Source of the DNA: an uncultured Verrucomicrobiae bacterium
GTDB taxonomy: Bacteria; Verrucomicrobiota; Verrucomicrobiia; Chthoniobacterales; UBA10450
DNA length: 64,000 bases
Assembly (NCBI GenBank): GCA_963834385.1
Contig: CAWIBO010000003.1
Coordinates: 416,001-480,000 of the forward strand
Direction of reading: 5' to 3'
Part shown: piece by piece, positions 28,648 to 37,859 of the stretch
Position numbering within the stretch: the stretch's first letter is position 1
Layout: each line of letters opens with the position of its first letter
The notes under the pieces: generated by a model
The model's database searches: none
Seen by the model: the letters and a program-made list of their open reading frames with translations, nothing else
Told to the model about the DNA's origin: nothing
Program-made: the position numbers and the translations under genes

Positions 28648-28772
28648 GAAATCGGGCGGGCTGGGAAGTAAGCCGGGAGTGTGGCAGGAAAATTTTTTGC
28701 AGCAAGCGTTCACCGCGGCGTTTTCCCCGGTAGAGTGAGCGCCCGCCGGTGGAGCCGGCGGGGAGACCGCCC

Positions 28773-30158
28773 ATGAACTTTCGCTCTTTTACCATCCTGG
28801 CCCGTTCCCTCCGGCACGAGGGGGCGGCGACCATGGCGCTGGCCCTGCCGATCATCGGCGGGCAGCTCAATCACATGGTCATCGGGCTGACCGACACCCT
28901 CATGGTCGGCCGGTTGGGCGTGGTGCCGCTGGCCGCGGCCACCTTTGCCAACACCGTCCTGCAGGTTCCGTTGATCGTCGGCATCGGCATCAGCATGGCC
29001 GTCTCCATCCGGGTCTCGCAGGCGCGCGGCGCCGCCGACGTGCAGGGAGCGCGCATGGCCCTGCGCCACGGCCTTTATCTCGGCCTGGCCATCGGTCTTC
29101 TCACCATGCTGGGGGTCTGGAGCATCCAGCCGTTCCTTGGATTGTTCCGGCAGGAACCGGCCATCATCGAGGCGGTTCCCCGCTATTTTCTCCTGATCGC
29201 TTTTTCCATGGTGCCGGCGCTCGGGGCGATGGCGGTGAAGAATCATGCCGATGCCATGAACAGCCCGTGGCCGCCGTTCTGGATTCTCTCGGGCGGCTCG
29301 GTCCTGAACATCCTTTTAAACTGGATTTTCATCTATGGAAATTTCGGCTCGCCGGCGCTCGGGCTGGACGGGGCCGGGGTCGCCACCTTGCTGACCCGCA
29401 TCGCCACTTTGGCGGCCCTGCTGGCCTGGTGCCGTCAGGCGCCGGCGGTGCGCGATTGGGTGCCGCAACGCTGGCTTCGCCCGCCCTCCTGGCCGGCAGT
29501 GCGCAGCCTGCTCGCGGTAGGTTTCCCGGCCACCCTGCAATTGCTCGCGGAGGTGAGCGCGTTTGTCATGGCGACCCTTCTCATCGGCACGCTCGGCGCG
29601 GTGGCGCTGGCTTCCCATCAGGTGGCCCTGAGCTGCGCGGCCATGGTCTTCATGGTTCCGCTCGGGCTTTCCATGGCCCTGACCGTGCGGATGGGCGCGG
29701 CCTGGGGCGCGCGCGATCAATCACGGCTCCGTCCGATTTTGCTGAGCGGCTGGCTCCTCGCTTTCGCCTTTACCCTCATCAGCGCGCAAATCTTTCTCTA
29801 TTTTAATGAGATGATTGCCGGCGCCTTCCTGACCGATCCGGTGGCGATTCGCCTGACCGCGACCCTTCTCCTGGTGAGCGCGGCGTTTCAGATGGGTGAC
29901 GCCATGCAAATCTCCTCCGTCGGGGCGCTCCGCGGCCTGAACGACGTCAAGGTGCCGGCGGCGCTTTCATTTTTCGCCTACTGGGTGATCTCGATCCCGG
30001 CCGGATGGGCCCTGATGTTCCCGGCGGGTCTCGGCGTTCCGGGCATGTGGTGGGGAATAACGATCGGGCTGACGCTGACGGCCGTGCTTTTGGGCGTTCG
30101 TGTCTGGCGCCTGACCGCCCGGGCGTGGTCGCTTTGGCCGGTGGAAGAGGCGCGATGA
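28773..30158 (+). CDS. MATE family efflux transporter
   Basis: DTLMVGRLG, NWIFIYGNFG.PALGLDGAG, GALRGLNDVK; multiple TM segments. Confidence 0.93.
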   Translation: MNFRSFTILARSLRHEGAATMALALPIIGGQLNHMVIGLTDTLMVGRLGVVPLAAATFANTVLQVPLIVGIGISMAVSIRVSQARGAADVQGARMALRHGLYLGLAIGLLTMLGVWSIQPFLGLFRQEPAIIEAVPRYFLLIAFSMVPALGAMAVKNHADAMNSPWPPFWILSGGSVLNILLNWIFIYGNFGSPALGLDGAGVATLLTRIATLAALLAWCRQAPAVRDWVPQRWLRPPSWPAVRSLLAVGFPATLQLLAEVSAFVMATLLIGTLGAVALASHQVALSCAAMVFMVPLGLSMALTVRMGAAWGARDQSRLRPILLSGWLLAFAFTLISAQIFLYFNEMIAGAFLTDPVAIRLTATLLLVSAAFQMGDAMQISSVGALRGLNDVKVPAALSFFAYWVISIPAGWALMFPAGLGVPGMWWGITIGLTLTAVLLGVRVWRLTARAWSLWPVEEAR

Positions 30159-30176
30159 CGCGTATTCCTGCCCGGG

Positions 30177-31634
30177 TCACGCTGCCCGGGACGTGCTGGA
30201 TTTTGGCGAGAGGAACAGGCCGAGCAGAAGGCCGGCGGCCAGTCCGCTCAGGTGCGCAGCCATGCTGATCTGCGGGGTGGAAAGGTCAAAGGCCGTCTGG
30301 ATCACGACGATGAGGATGACATTGCGAAGACGCCGCCGGGCCTGCGGCGCGTGTCGATTCATGATTAGGTAACCGGCCCAGGCGCCGACCAGCGCCATGA
30401 CCGAGCCGGAAGCGCCCACGACCTGTTCGGCGGCCGTCCAGTTTTGCAAACGGGCGAAGACGACGCCAAGGCCGGAGCCAAGACCTCCGAGGAGATAAAT
30501 CGCGGCGAAGCGCCAGCGCCCGACGGCGCGTTCCAGGCCGGGGCCAAGGAGGATCAGGCCGTAAAGATTGAAGAAGAGGTGGAGCGGACCGTAGTGGAGG
30601 AAGGTGGAAGAAAGCAGCCGCCAATATTCCTGACGATAAACCACGGAAAATGGCTCCAGTTGGCCGAGCCGGTGCAGGGTGGCGGGATTGGTGGAACCGC
30701 CGAGGCGCAGTTCGACGAGGAACATGGCCACGTTGAGCAGGCCAAAAACGAGCACGACCAGGCTGAGCCGTGGAAAAAAGCGGGCGGCGGGGCGTTCCCA
30801 GGCCGGGCTGCCGGTTTTGATCCGCTCGATCACGCGGCGGGCGCCGGACGAGAGCGGTTCTTCCGGCGACCGCCTGCCGGAATCGCCGGTCCAGAACTGG
30901 CGCGCGGACGCGGGCAAACGGGAAAGCCGGGTGGCGAGAAGGCGCTGGGCGAGATCGTGCTCGCCCGTGAAGGTAAGCACGATCAGCTCGCAAATGGCGC
31001 GGAGTTTTTCGCCTTCCGCGCTGCGGCTGAGCAGACCCGTCTGCGCGGCATGCTGCATGACGAGTTCGTCCTGCTGGCCGGTTTCGCCGAGCGCGCGGAG
31101 AAAGAAAGGGAGCAGGTGCGCCTCGCGATCCCCGCGCTCGAGTCCCTGCTGGAACCATTGAAGAAAGCCGATCCAATCCCCGCGCAAACTGAAGCGGTGA
31201 GCCGCGGCCAGGCGGGCAACCGGGGTGGCGTCGTCGGGGAAAAGCGTGGCAAGCCGATCCGCTGCGGCCGCCGGCCCAGCCGGCGCGTTTTCCAGGATCG
31301 CAAAAAGCCGGGCCTGCTCCGGGACGCCATCGGCTGGATGGACCAGGCGGAGCCATTGGGCGAGGCGGCGCGCGAAACGATGGCGCTGTTCCAGGGCCAG
31401 GCTTTCCAGCTTGCGCATCCCGATGGCCGGGCAAAGCAGAAACAAAAACCAGGCGGTGCCGCTGATGTATCCGGCCACCGGGCGCGCGAAAAACCAACTG
31501 GCCGCCACCGTGGCGAGGACGAGGAGCGCGGCCCCGGTCCATCCCGCGAGCTGACGCGGCCGCCGCAGCGTGCGCACCAGAACCAGGAGGGGAGAAATTC
31601 CCGCAATGAAGAGAAGGACGTGATTCAACTCCAT
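30177..31634 (-). CDS. Rhomboid family intramembrane serine protease with extended N-terminus
   Basis: EYWRLLSSTFLHYGPLHLFFN, VGASGS, AHLSG. Confidence 0.88.
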   Translation of the reverse strand: MELNHVLLFIAGISPLLVLVRTLRRPRQLAGWTGAALLVLATVAASWFFARPVAGYISGTAWFLFLLCPAIGMRKLESLALEQRHRFARRLAQWLRLVHPADGVPEQARLFAILENAPAGPAAAADRLATLFPDDATPVARLAAAHRFSLRGDWIGFLQWFQQGLERGDREAHLLPFFLRALGETGQQDELVMQHAAQTGLLSRSAEGEKLRAICELIVLTFTGEHDLAQRLLATRLSRLPASARQFWTGDSGRRSPEEPLSSGARRVIERIKTGSPAWERPAARFFPRLSLVVLVFGLLNVAMFLVELRLGGSTNPATLHRLGQLEPFSVVYRQEYWRLLSSTFLHYGPLHLFFNLYGLILLGPGLERAVGRWRFAAIYLLGGLGSGLGVVFARLQNWTAAEQVVGASGSVMALVGAWAGYLIMNRHAPQARRRLRNVILIVVIQTAFDLSTPQISMAAHLSGLAAGLLLGLFLSPKSSTSRAA

Positions 31635-31715
31635 GACCGCGCGGCAGTCTCGCATGTCCGGCGCGCCCGTCATCCCCGGCCTTGCCGCGAGGCCGGGCGG
31701 GGGGCAGGATGAAGC

Positions 31716-32369
31716 GTGCGCCTGCGCGTGACCCAGTATCTCGACGTGATCTCCTCGTGGTGCTTTTGGGCTTTCCCTGCCTGGCAGGAGTTGCAGGAGC
31801 GCTACCGGGGCCGGGTGGAGTTTAACTGGAAGATCGCGCTCATGGATGCCGCGGCCCTGCCGCCGACAGAGGAAGCAACCGCATGGTATTACCGGCGCAG
31901 CGGCATGATCATGCAATCGCCCTTTATGCTGAGCACCGGCTGGTACGAGGGGTTGCCCGAGTATCTCGCGCCCAATTGCGTGGCCGAGGCGGGCAAGGAT
32001 TTTGGGGTGACGGACGATCGCATCTGGTCGGCCATTTCCGCGGCCGGCGTGCGCGAGGGGAAAAAACACGGGCGCTGGGAGATTGCGGCCGGGATCGGCG
32101 CGCGCGCGGGCGGGTTGAACGAAGCGAAACTGCTGGAGCGGGCGCGGGACCCGGCGGTGGAGGAACGGGTGCGGGCAAGCACGGCCGAGTTTCACGCCCT
32201 GCAGGTGAACCAGCGGCCCACCTTCGTGATCGAGAGCGAAATCGGCGACCGCGCCATCTTTGCCGGGTTCGCGCGGGTCGATCCTTTGGCGGCGGCTCTC
32301 GAGGCCATGCTGGAGGATCTCCGGGCGTATCAGGCGCACGCGGCGCACTTCGGCGCGCCGCCGGCGTGA
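31716..32369 (+). CDS. DsbA/FrnE-family thioredoxin-fold protein (SSWC motif)
   Basis: YLDVISSWCFWA, VNQRPTFVI. Confidence 0.8.
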   Translation: MRLRVTQYLDVISSWCFWAFPAWQELQERYRGRVEFNWKIALMDAAALPPTEEATAWYYRRSGMIMQSPFMLSTGWYEGLPEYLAPNCVAEAGKDFGVTDDRIWSAISAAGVREGKKHGRWEIAAGIGARAGGLNEAKLLERARDPAVEERVRASTAEFHALQVNQRPTFVIESEIGDRAIFAGFARVDPLAAALEAMLEDLRAYQAHAAHFGAPPA

Positions 32370-32580
32370 TCGCAGTTTCGCCTTGATTGCAGGTGATTGT
32401 TGCCTTCTACTTCCGCTCGGCCCGCGATTGTTCGCGGGCCCGTCCGGTTGGCGCCTCGCAGCCTCCCGGGTGCAGGAGTGTTTTCGACCGCCGCGGGGCG
32501 GCCGGAAGGACAGGAGCGAGAACTGAGAATAACGGCGCCGCGGTCACTCCCGCTCAGCCGGTCCGGAGCTTTGATTTAAT

Positions 32581-33180
32581 CTGCAACCACAAATTCGTGT
32601 AAACGGTCGGATTCGCGCCCGCGAGGTCCGGGTCATCATGGGATCCAACGGGGAGCAACTCGGGATCATGAAACTTTCCGACGCGCTCCGCAAAGCGCAG
32701 TCCATCGGTCTCGATCTTGTCGAGGTCGCGCCCACGGCCAATCCGCCGGTCTGTAAAATCGTCGATTTCGGCAAGTTCCGCTACGATCTCTCCAAGCAGG
32801 AGAAGGAGAAGAAATCGTCCGGGACCAAGCTCAAGGAGATCAAGTTCCGGGTGAACATCGATGATCACGATTACCTGACCAAGATTCGCCACGGCGAGGA
32901 GTTCCTCGACAAGGGGAACAAGGTCCGCGTGCAGCTGCAATTCCGCGGGCGCGAAATGGCGCACCAGGAAATCGGGATGGAACTGATGTTCAAGGTCCGG
33001 GAGGATCTTTCCGGCATGTCGCAGGTCGAGATGGATCCGAAACTGGCGGGCCGCAACATCACCATGACGTTGTCGCCGCTGCCGGCCAGCCGGCGCAAAC
33101 GCCGCTTTGCCAAGCTGGACGCCGAGGAGATGGCGGCGGCGGAAGCTTCCTCCTCCGTCAACGGCACCGACGAAGAGTAG
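32581..33180 (+). CDS. infC: Translation initiation factor IF-3 (non-canonical start)
   Basis: IRVNGRIRAREVRVI upstream of the tracked ATG; DLVEVAPTANPPVCKIVDFGKF, KEIKFR, FRGREMAH. In-frame stop at 32572, so the start is CTG 32581 or ATT 32593. Confidence 0.95.
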   Translation: MQPQIRVNGRIRAREVRVIMGSNGEQLGIMKLSDALRKAQSIGLDLVEVAPTANPPVCKIVDFGKFRYDLSKQEKEKKSSGTKLKEIKFRVNIDDHDYLTKIRHGEEFLDKGNKVRVQLQFRGREMAHQEIGMELMFKVREDLSGMSQVEMDPKLAGRNITMTLSPLPASRRKRRFAKLDAEEMAAAEASSSVNGTDEE

Positions 33181-33213
33181 ACGGCACCCGGGGCTCGTTT
33201 TTCCGGGCAGGAA

Positions 33214-33261
33214 AAGGGGCTTCGCGGGCGGCCCCGAACATTGGCAGCCCGCGAAGCCCTT
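33214..33261. terminator. Hairpin between convergent infC and ECF sigma
   Basis: gggcttcgcgggc / gcccgcgaagccc stem, with aaaa on the left giving a minus-strand U-tract. Confidence 0.7.
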
Positions 33262-33273
33262 GCTGTTCTCTTG

Positions 33274-33876
33274 CTAGATTTTCCGGCGCAGCGGTCGCAC
33301 CGAGCTGGCCAGCTTGCGCAGCCCCAGCTCCAGACGCGTTTTCACCGTGCCCAGAGGCGTGCCGGTCCGGGCCGCAATTTCCCGGTGACTCAGATCGCCG
33401 AAGAAGGAAAGCTCGATCGCTTCCCGCTGCCGGTCAGGCAGGTTCTTCATCTGCCGGGTGAGAAACCGGCGGATGTCGGAAGCAATGAGCTGCCGGTCGA
33501 TCCGGTTATGTGACGGAATCTTGGGCTCTTCCGTCAGATGTTCCTCGAACCGGTCTTTCGCCCGGCAGTAGGCCTGCCGGCGGCGGAGCCGATCGATGGC
33601 ACGTCGCCGGGCCAGGGTCACCACCCAGCCGAGCGGCTTCCCGGCGTTGGCCGAGTAACGATCCGCTTCGTTCCAGATCTGGAGAAAGATTTCCTGGAGC
33701 ACGTCATCGGCCTCAGCCTCTTCGTGGACCACGTGGCTGATGACCGCCTTGAGGGTCTTCCCGTATCGGCCGTAAAGCTCCTCGAGGGCGCTTTGCCGCC
33801 GGTCGGTGATCGCCTGCATCAGGTCCTCGTCCGTGGCCTGGGAGTATCCTTCCGTGTCAAAAACCGGCCGGATCAT
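33274..33876 (-). CDS. ECF sigma-70 factor (SigK-like)
   Basis: ADDVLQEIFLQIW, WVVTLARRRAIDRLR, LPDRQREAIELSFFGDLSHREIAARTGTPLGTVKTRL. Confidence 0.93.
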   Translation of the reverse strand: MIRPVFDTEGYSQATDEDLMQAITDRRQSALEELYGRYGKTLKAVISHVVHEEAEADDVLQEIFLQIWNEADRYSANAGKPLGWVVTLARRRAIDRLRRRQAYCRAKDRFEEHLTEEPKIPSHNRIDRQLIASDIRRFLTRQMKNLPDRQREAIELSFFGDLSHREIAARTGTPLGTVKTRLELGLRKLASSVRPLRRKI

Positions 33877-33984
33877 AAGGCACTCCCTTCCTGGTTACCG
33901 CTCAAACCATCACTCTGTGAATGAAGTAGTTGCGTCATGCCCCAGAGTTTGGGCGGGGGCCACTCTGACGACAATTGGGCGGTG

Positions 33985-34013
33985 ACCTAATGAATTCTTA
34001 GGTGAAATCCCTA
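33985..34013. promoter_or_regulatory. Overlapping inverted repeats upstream of the ECF sigma gene (possible regulator sites)
   Basis: acctaa-tgaattc-ttaggt (33985-34003) and tagg-tgaaatc-ccta (33999-34013) in an AT-rich patch. Confidence 0.4.
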
Positions 34014-34067
34014 TACCCTTAGGTCGTTGAGCCAACGGTGTAGGTCCAGCCCTCGTGCGAAGGAACG

Positions 34068-34096
34068 AAAAAGGCCCTCTCCAACAGAGAGGGCCT
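34068..34096 (-). terminator. Rho-independent terminator after the TPR genes
   Basis: Minus strand aggccctctc-tgttg-gagagggcct followed by T-run. Confidence 0.85.
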
Positions 34097-34121
34097 CGCT
34101 CTTTTCCCCGAATCGAACCAG

Positions 34122-34874
34122 CTAGCGGGTGGCCGGCGTCGGGGTCGCGGAGACCGGCTTGCGCTTGAGCGGAGCCAGGCGCGGAGTCGGTTTCGGTGGC
34201 GGGGTGACGCGACCGGTCTTGAGCAGAAGGCGCTTTTTGCGGGCCAGCGCTTCCTTGTTGGCCGGCTGAATGGCCAGGATGGCCTCGGCATCGACCAGCG
34301 CCTTGTCGAATTTTTCGGTTACTTCATAGAGATAACCGCGCCCGAGGAGCGCTTCCACATCCTTGGCCTCGTTCTTGAGGATCGCGGAGTAATCCTTGAT
34401 CGCGGCTTCCTTGTCGTCGAGCTGGAGGTGAACAAAGGCGCGGCGAATAAGCGGCTCGCGATCCTTTTTCTTCAGCTTGACCGCCACGTTGTAATCTTCG
34501 AGCGACTTTTGCCAGTTGCGTTTGCGGAGATGGACAAAGCCGCGGTAGCGATGGGCCAGGGCATTTTTGGAATCGAGCTCGATGGCTTCCGTCAGTTCCG
34601 GGAGCGCGGCGTCGTATTTGCCCTTCTGCACGCGGGTGATGGCGCGCTGGGTCAGGGCCAGGGAGAGGTTGACCTTGTGCCGCTTGGTGCGCGGGCTTTC
34701 CTTGACCGCCGTCCGGAGATGTTCAACCGCCTCGTCCCATTTCTTGCTCTTGGCCGCGGCGAGGCCCTTCTTGGAGGCCTGGGCGGCGGCGCGGGCGCTG
34801 GCCTCGGCCTCGCCCGGTGCGAGAAACAGGAGACAAAGGAAGAGAGAAACGCCGAGTCGTGTTATTGCGTGCAT
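34122..34874 (-). CDS. Exported tetratricopeptide repeat protein
   Basis: Signal peptide and TPR helices (AIELDSKNALAHRYRGF; DVEALLGRGYLYE). Confidence 0.88.
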   Translation of the reverse strand: MHAITRLGVSLFLCLLFLAPGEAEASARAAAQASKKGLAAAKSKKWDEAVEHLRTAVKESPRTKRHKVNLSLALTQRAITRVQKGKYDAALPELTEAIELDSKNALAHRYRGFVHLRKRNWQKSLEDYNVAVKLKKKDREPLIRRAFVHLQLDDKEAAIKDYSAILKNEAKDVEALLGRGYLYEVTEKFDKALVDAEAILAIQPANKEALARKKRLLLKTGRVTPPPKPTPRLAPLKRKPVSATPTPATR

Positions 34875-34911
34875 GTTTTTGATTGGGTCGATTGGTTGTC
34901 TGCCAGGAAAC

Positions 34912-35676
34912 TCAGGGCGTGGGAGCCGCGGTCGGCCCCTTCGGCGCGACTGACGTGGCCGGGCGTGGTGCCAGGGGCGCCATCGGGGTCATGGCCGGGG
35001 CCGGACTGGCGGCCGCGGGTGCGGTCAGTCTCTTTTTACCCGTGGCAGCATCGGCGTTGTCCGGCTGTTTTTTCAGGACTTTTTCCACGTCGGCCAGCGC
35101 TTTCTCCTTTTCGCCGGTGACCTCGTAAAGGTAACTGCGGCCAAGGAGAGCTTCCACGTCGGTGGCGTTCGCCTGCAGGATTTTCGTGTAATCCTTGATC
35201 GCGGCCTCGTTATCCTGGAGCTGGATGTTCACGAAGGCGCGCCGCACCAACAGATCGCGGTCGCCTGATTTTTCCTCGAGGGCGGCGTTATAATCCTCCA
35301 GCGCCTTGTTCCACTCGCGTTTGCTCAGGTAGGCGAACCCGCGAAACCGGCGCGCCTTGGTGGTCTCGGGATCCAGCGCCAGCGCCTCGTCGAGGTCGGC
35401 GATGGCTGCGTCATATTCCTGGCGGCCCACCTTCTCGGCGCCACGCTCGGTCAGGGCGAGGCGGAGATTGGTCTTATGACTGGAGGCGTCCGGGTCAGCC
35501 TCGGAAGCTTTCTTGAAGTTCTCGACCGCTTCGTCCCAGTTTTTTTTCTTGGCTGCGGCCAGGCCGGCCTTGGCGGCGGCGGCGCCGTCCTGGGCGAAAG
35601 CGCCGGAGGTGAAGGCGCAAAGAATAATGAGGCCGGCAACAAGTCCGGGGTGGCGGAGGAGTGATGGTCTGTTCAT
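34912..35676 (-). CDS. Exported tetratricopeptide repeat protein (tandem paralogue)
   Basis: Colinear with 34122..34874 (GLAAAK.K.WDEAVE, RRAFV..QL.D.EAAIKDY, DVEALLGR.YLYEVT). Confidence 0.88.
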   Translation of the reverse strand: MNRPSLLRHPGLVAGLIILCAFTSGAFAQDGAAAAKAGLAAAKKKNWDEAVENFKKASEADPDASSHKTNLRLALTERGAEKVGRQEYDAAIADLDEALALDPETTKARRFRGFAYLSKREWNKALEDYNAALEEKSGDRDLLVRRAFVNIQLQDNEAAIKDYTKILQANATDVEALLGRSYLYEVTGEKEKALADVEKVLKKQPDNADAATGKKRLTAPAAASPAPAMTPMAPLAPRPATSVAPKGPTAAPTP

Positions 35677-35717
35677 GAAAGTATCGTGGGGTGGAGCAGG
35701 GTTCGGACGGACAGCGG

Positions 35718-36563
35718 CTAGCCAGTATTCAAAGGGGAGGGGGTTCCCGCAAGTGCCGGCTGCGGGGTCGATTCCGCCGGGGTCCACATTTCGTTGAAAC
35801 GCCGGATGCGATGGGCCCTGCCGGTGGCCTCGTCAATCTCGATGAGCGCGCCGGAAAGGCGGACGGGGCCGGCGGCCACAGGGAAGGCGGCCGGCATGTT
35901 CGAGGCAAACCGGGTCACGATCGGGTTGATGGCGCGTCCGAGGATCGACTCGGCCGGGCCGCACATGCCGGCGTCGCAGAGGAAGGCGGTGCCGCCGGGG
36001 AAAATCTGTTCGTCGGCGGTCTGCACATGGGTGTGGGTGCCGATCACGGCCGAGACGCGTCCATCGAGGAGGCGGCCGAGGGCGCATTTCTCGCTGGTTG
36101 TTTCCGCGTGGACATCCACGAGGATGACGGGCGTTTCGCGGCGCAATTCCTCCACGGCGGCTTCGAGGAGGCGAAACGGGTTTTCCAGGATGGGCTGCAT
36201 GAAGGTCCGCCCCTGCACATTGAGGACGCCCACCTTGCCCTTGGCGGTCTCGAGGACGATCGATCCGGCGCCGGGGGTTTCCGGCGGATAATTCAGCGGC
36301 CGGAGCAGGCGCGGCTCGGTCGGGATGAAGTTGACGATGTCCTTCTGGTCCCAGATGTGGTCGCCGGTGGTGATGACGGAAACGCCCGCGCGGAGGAGGT
36401 CGATGGTGATCCGGGGGGTGATGCCGCGGCCGCCGGCAGCGTTCTCGCCGTTGGCGACAATAAAGTCGACCTGCTCCTGTTTCTTCAACTCCGGCAGACG
36501 CGCGATGACCGCGCTGCGACCGGGTTCGCCGACGATGTCGCCGAGGAAAAGAAGCGTTAGCAT
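35718..36563 (-). CDS. ymdB: YmdB-like metallophosphoesterase
   Basis: GDIVGEPG, NGENAAGG, DVHAETTSEK, GTHTHVQTADE, DAGMCGP. Confidence 0.92.
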   Translation of the reverse strand: MLTLLFLGDIVGEPGRSAVIARLPELKKQEQVDFIVANGENAAGGRGITPRITIDLLRAGVSVITTGDHIWDQKDIVNFIPTEPRLLRPLNYPPETPGAGSIVLETAKGKVGVLNVQGRTFMQPILENPFRLLEAAVEELRRETPVILVDVHAETTSEKCALGRLLDGRVSAVIGTHTHVQTADEQIFPGGTAFLCDAGMCGPAESILGRAINPIVTRFASNMPAAFPVAAGPVRLSGALIEIDEATGRAHRIRRFNEMWTPAESTPQPALAGTPSPLNTG

Positions 36564-36605
36564 TCGGCGAAGGTCGTATTAAGAAGAGGCCAACGCAAAA
36601 GTTCG

Positions 36606-37859
36606 ATGAAGGCCTTTTTTCTTTGTTTCTGTTTTCTTTCCCTGGTCACCGTGCGCGCGGCCGAGAACCTCAGCCCGCTGGGGACGGCGCCTGACTGGAA
36701 AGCGCTGGAACGTTACCAGGAAACCATCACGCACTCCGACTTTCAACGGCTGCTCCGGGGGGTCTACGCCCCGCAGGCCGTGGATGAAAAAATCATCCGG
36801 GTTGGCCCGAAATCGGTGCGGGTGCTGAAGAACCGGGAGGCGGGCACCTATTTCACCCTGCGTTTTGCCGCGAGCGAAGCGGCGCGCAAACCGATGAGCC
36901 GTCTCTGGATGACGGCGGGGAATCTTCCGCCGGCCCGGCCCGGCCTGCCTCTTTCCGATGTGCGCATTGCGCTCGATCCCGGGCATCTCGGCGGGGAATG
37001 GGCAAAAATGGAGGAGCGCTGGTTCCAGGTGGGCGACGCTCCGCCGGTGCAGGAGGGCGACATGACCCTGCGGGTGGCCCAGATTCTTGCCGGCAAGCTG
37101 GGCGACCTGGGGGCGCGCGTCTCGCTCGTGCGCGACAAGCTCGAGCCGGTAACCAAAAAACGGCCGGACGATTTCACTGCCCTCGCCAGGAAGATCCTGG
37201 CCAAGGCCGGCGTGACGGCGCCGGCGGAGGATTTCGCGGGGCCGGCCGACCTCGAGAAGGAGAAATCGTTGCGCTGGCAGAAGGAGATCCTTTTCTATCG
37301 CAACAGCGAGATCCGGAGCCGGGCGGAGATCGTGAACAAGCGGCTCCGGCCGGACGTGGTCGTGGCTCTGCACTTCAACGCCGAGCCGTGGGGCGACCCG
37401 GCGGCGCCGACGCTGCTGGAGAAAAATCATCTTCACGTTTTGGTCAACGGTTCCTACCTGCCGGCGGAGCTGGAACTCGACGATGAACGCTTTGAGATGA
37501 TGCGCCAGTTGCTCAGCCGCGCCTACGGCGAGGAAGTGACCCTGGCCGAGCGGATCGCGCAGGCCTTCGTCAACCGCACCCGGCTGCCCGCCTACCAGTA
37601 TATTACGGACAACGTCACCCCGGTGGGGACCAGCGGCTATGTCTACGCGCGCAATCTGCTCGCCACCCGGCTTTACCAGTGCCCGGTGGTCTACCTGGAG
37701 CCGTACGTCATGAACAGCCGCGAGGTTTTTGAGCGGATCCAGGCCGGTGATTATGAAGGGACACGCCCGGTGGCCGGGGCGGAACGCCCCTCCATCTTTC
37801 GCGAATATGCCGACGCGGTGGCGGAGGGACTTGTCCACCACTACAAGGATCGTCGTTGA
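36606..37859 (+). CDS. Exported N-acetylmuramoyl-L-alanine amidase-like protein (Amidase_3 fold)
   Basis: IALDPGHLGG, EGDMTL, LHFNA, VVYLEP zinc-site pattern with long insertions. Confidence 0.75.
   Translation: MKAFFLCFCFLSLVTVRAAENLSPLGTAPDWKALERYQETITHSDFQRLLRGVYAPQAVDEKIIRVGPKSVRVLKNREAGTYFTLRFAASEAARKPMSRLWMTAGNLPPARPGLPLSDVRIALDPGHLGGEWAKMEERWFQVGDAPPVQEGDMTLRVAQILAGKLGDLGARVSLVRDKLEPVTKKRPDDFTALARKILAKAGVTAPAEDFAGPADLEKEKSLRWQKEILFYRNSEIRSRAEIVNKRLRPDVVVALHFNAEPWGDPAAPTLLEKNHLHVLVNGSYLPAELELDDERFEMMRQLLSRAYGEEVTLAERIAQAFVNRTRLPAYQYITDNVTPVGTSGYVYARNLLATRLYQCPVVYLEPYVMNSREVFERIQAGDYEGTRPVAGAERPSIFREYADAVAEGLVHHYKDRR

Noticed and set aside
32430..32575. 6S RNA call
   Set aside because: Pairing by eye gives an asymmetric junction rather than a two-sided central bubble; needs an Rfam search.
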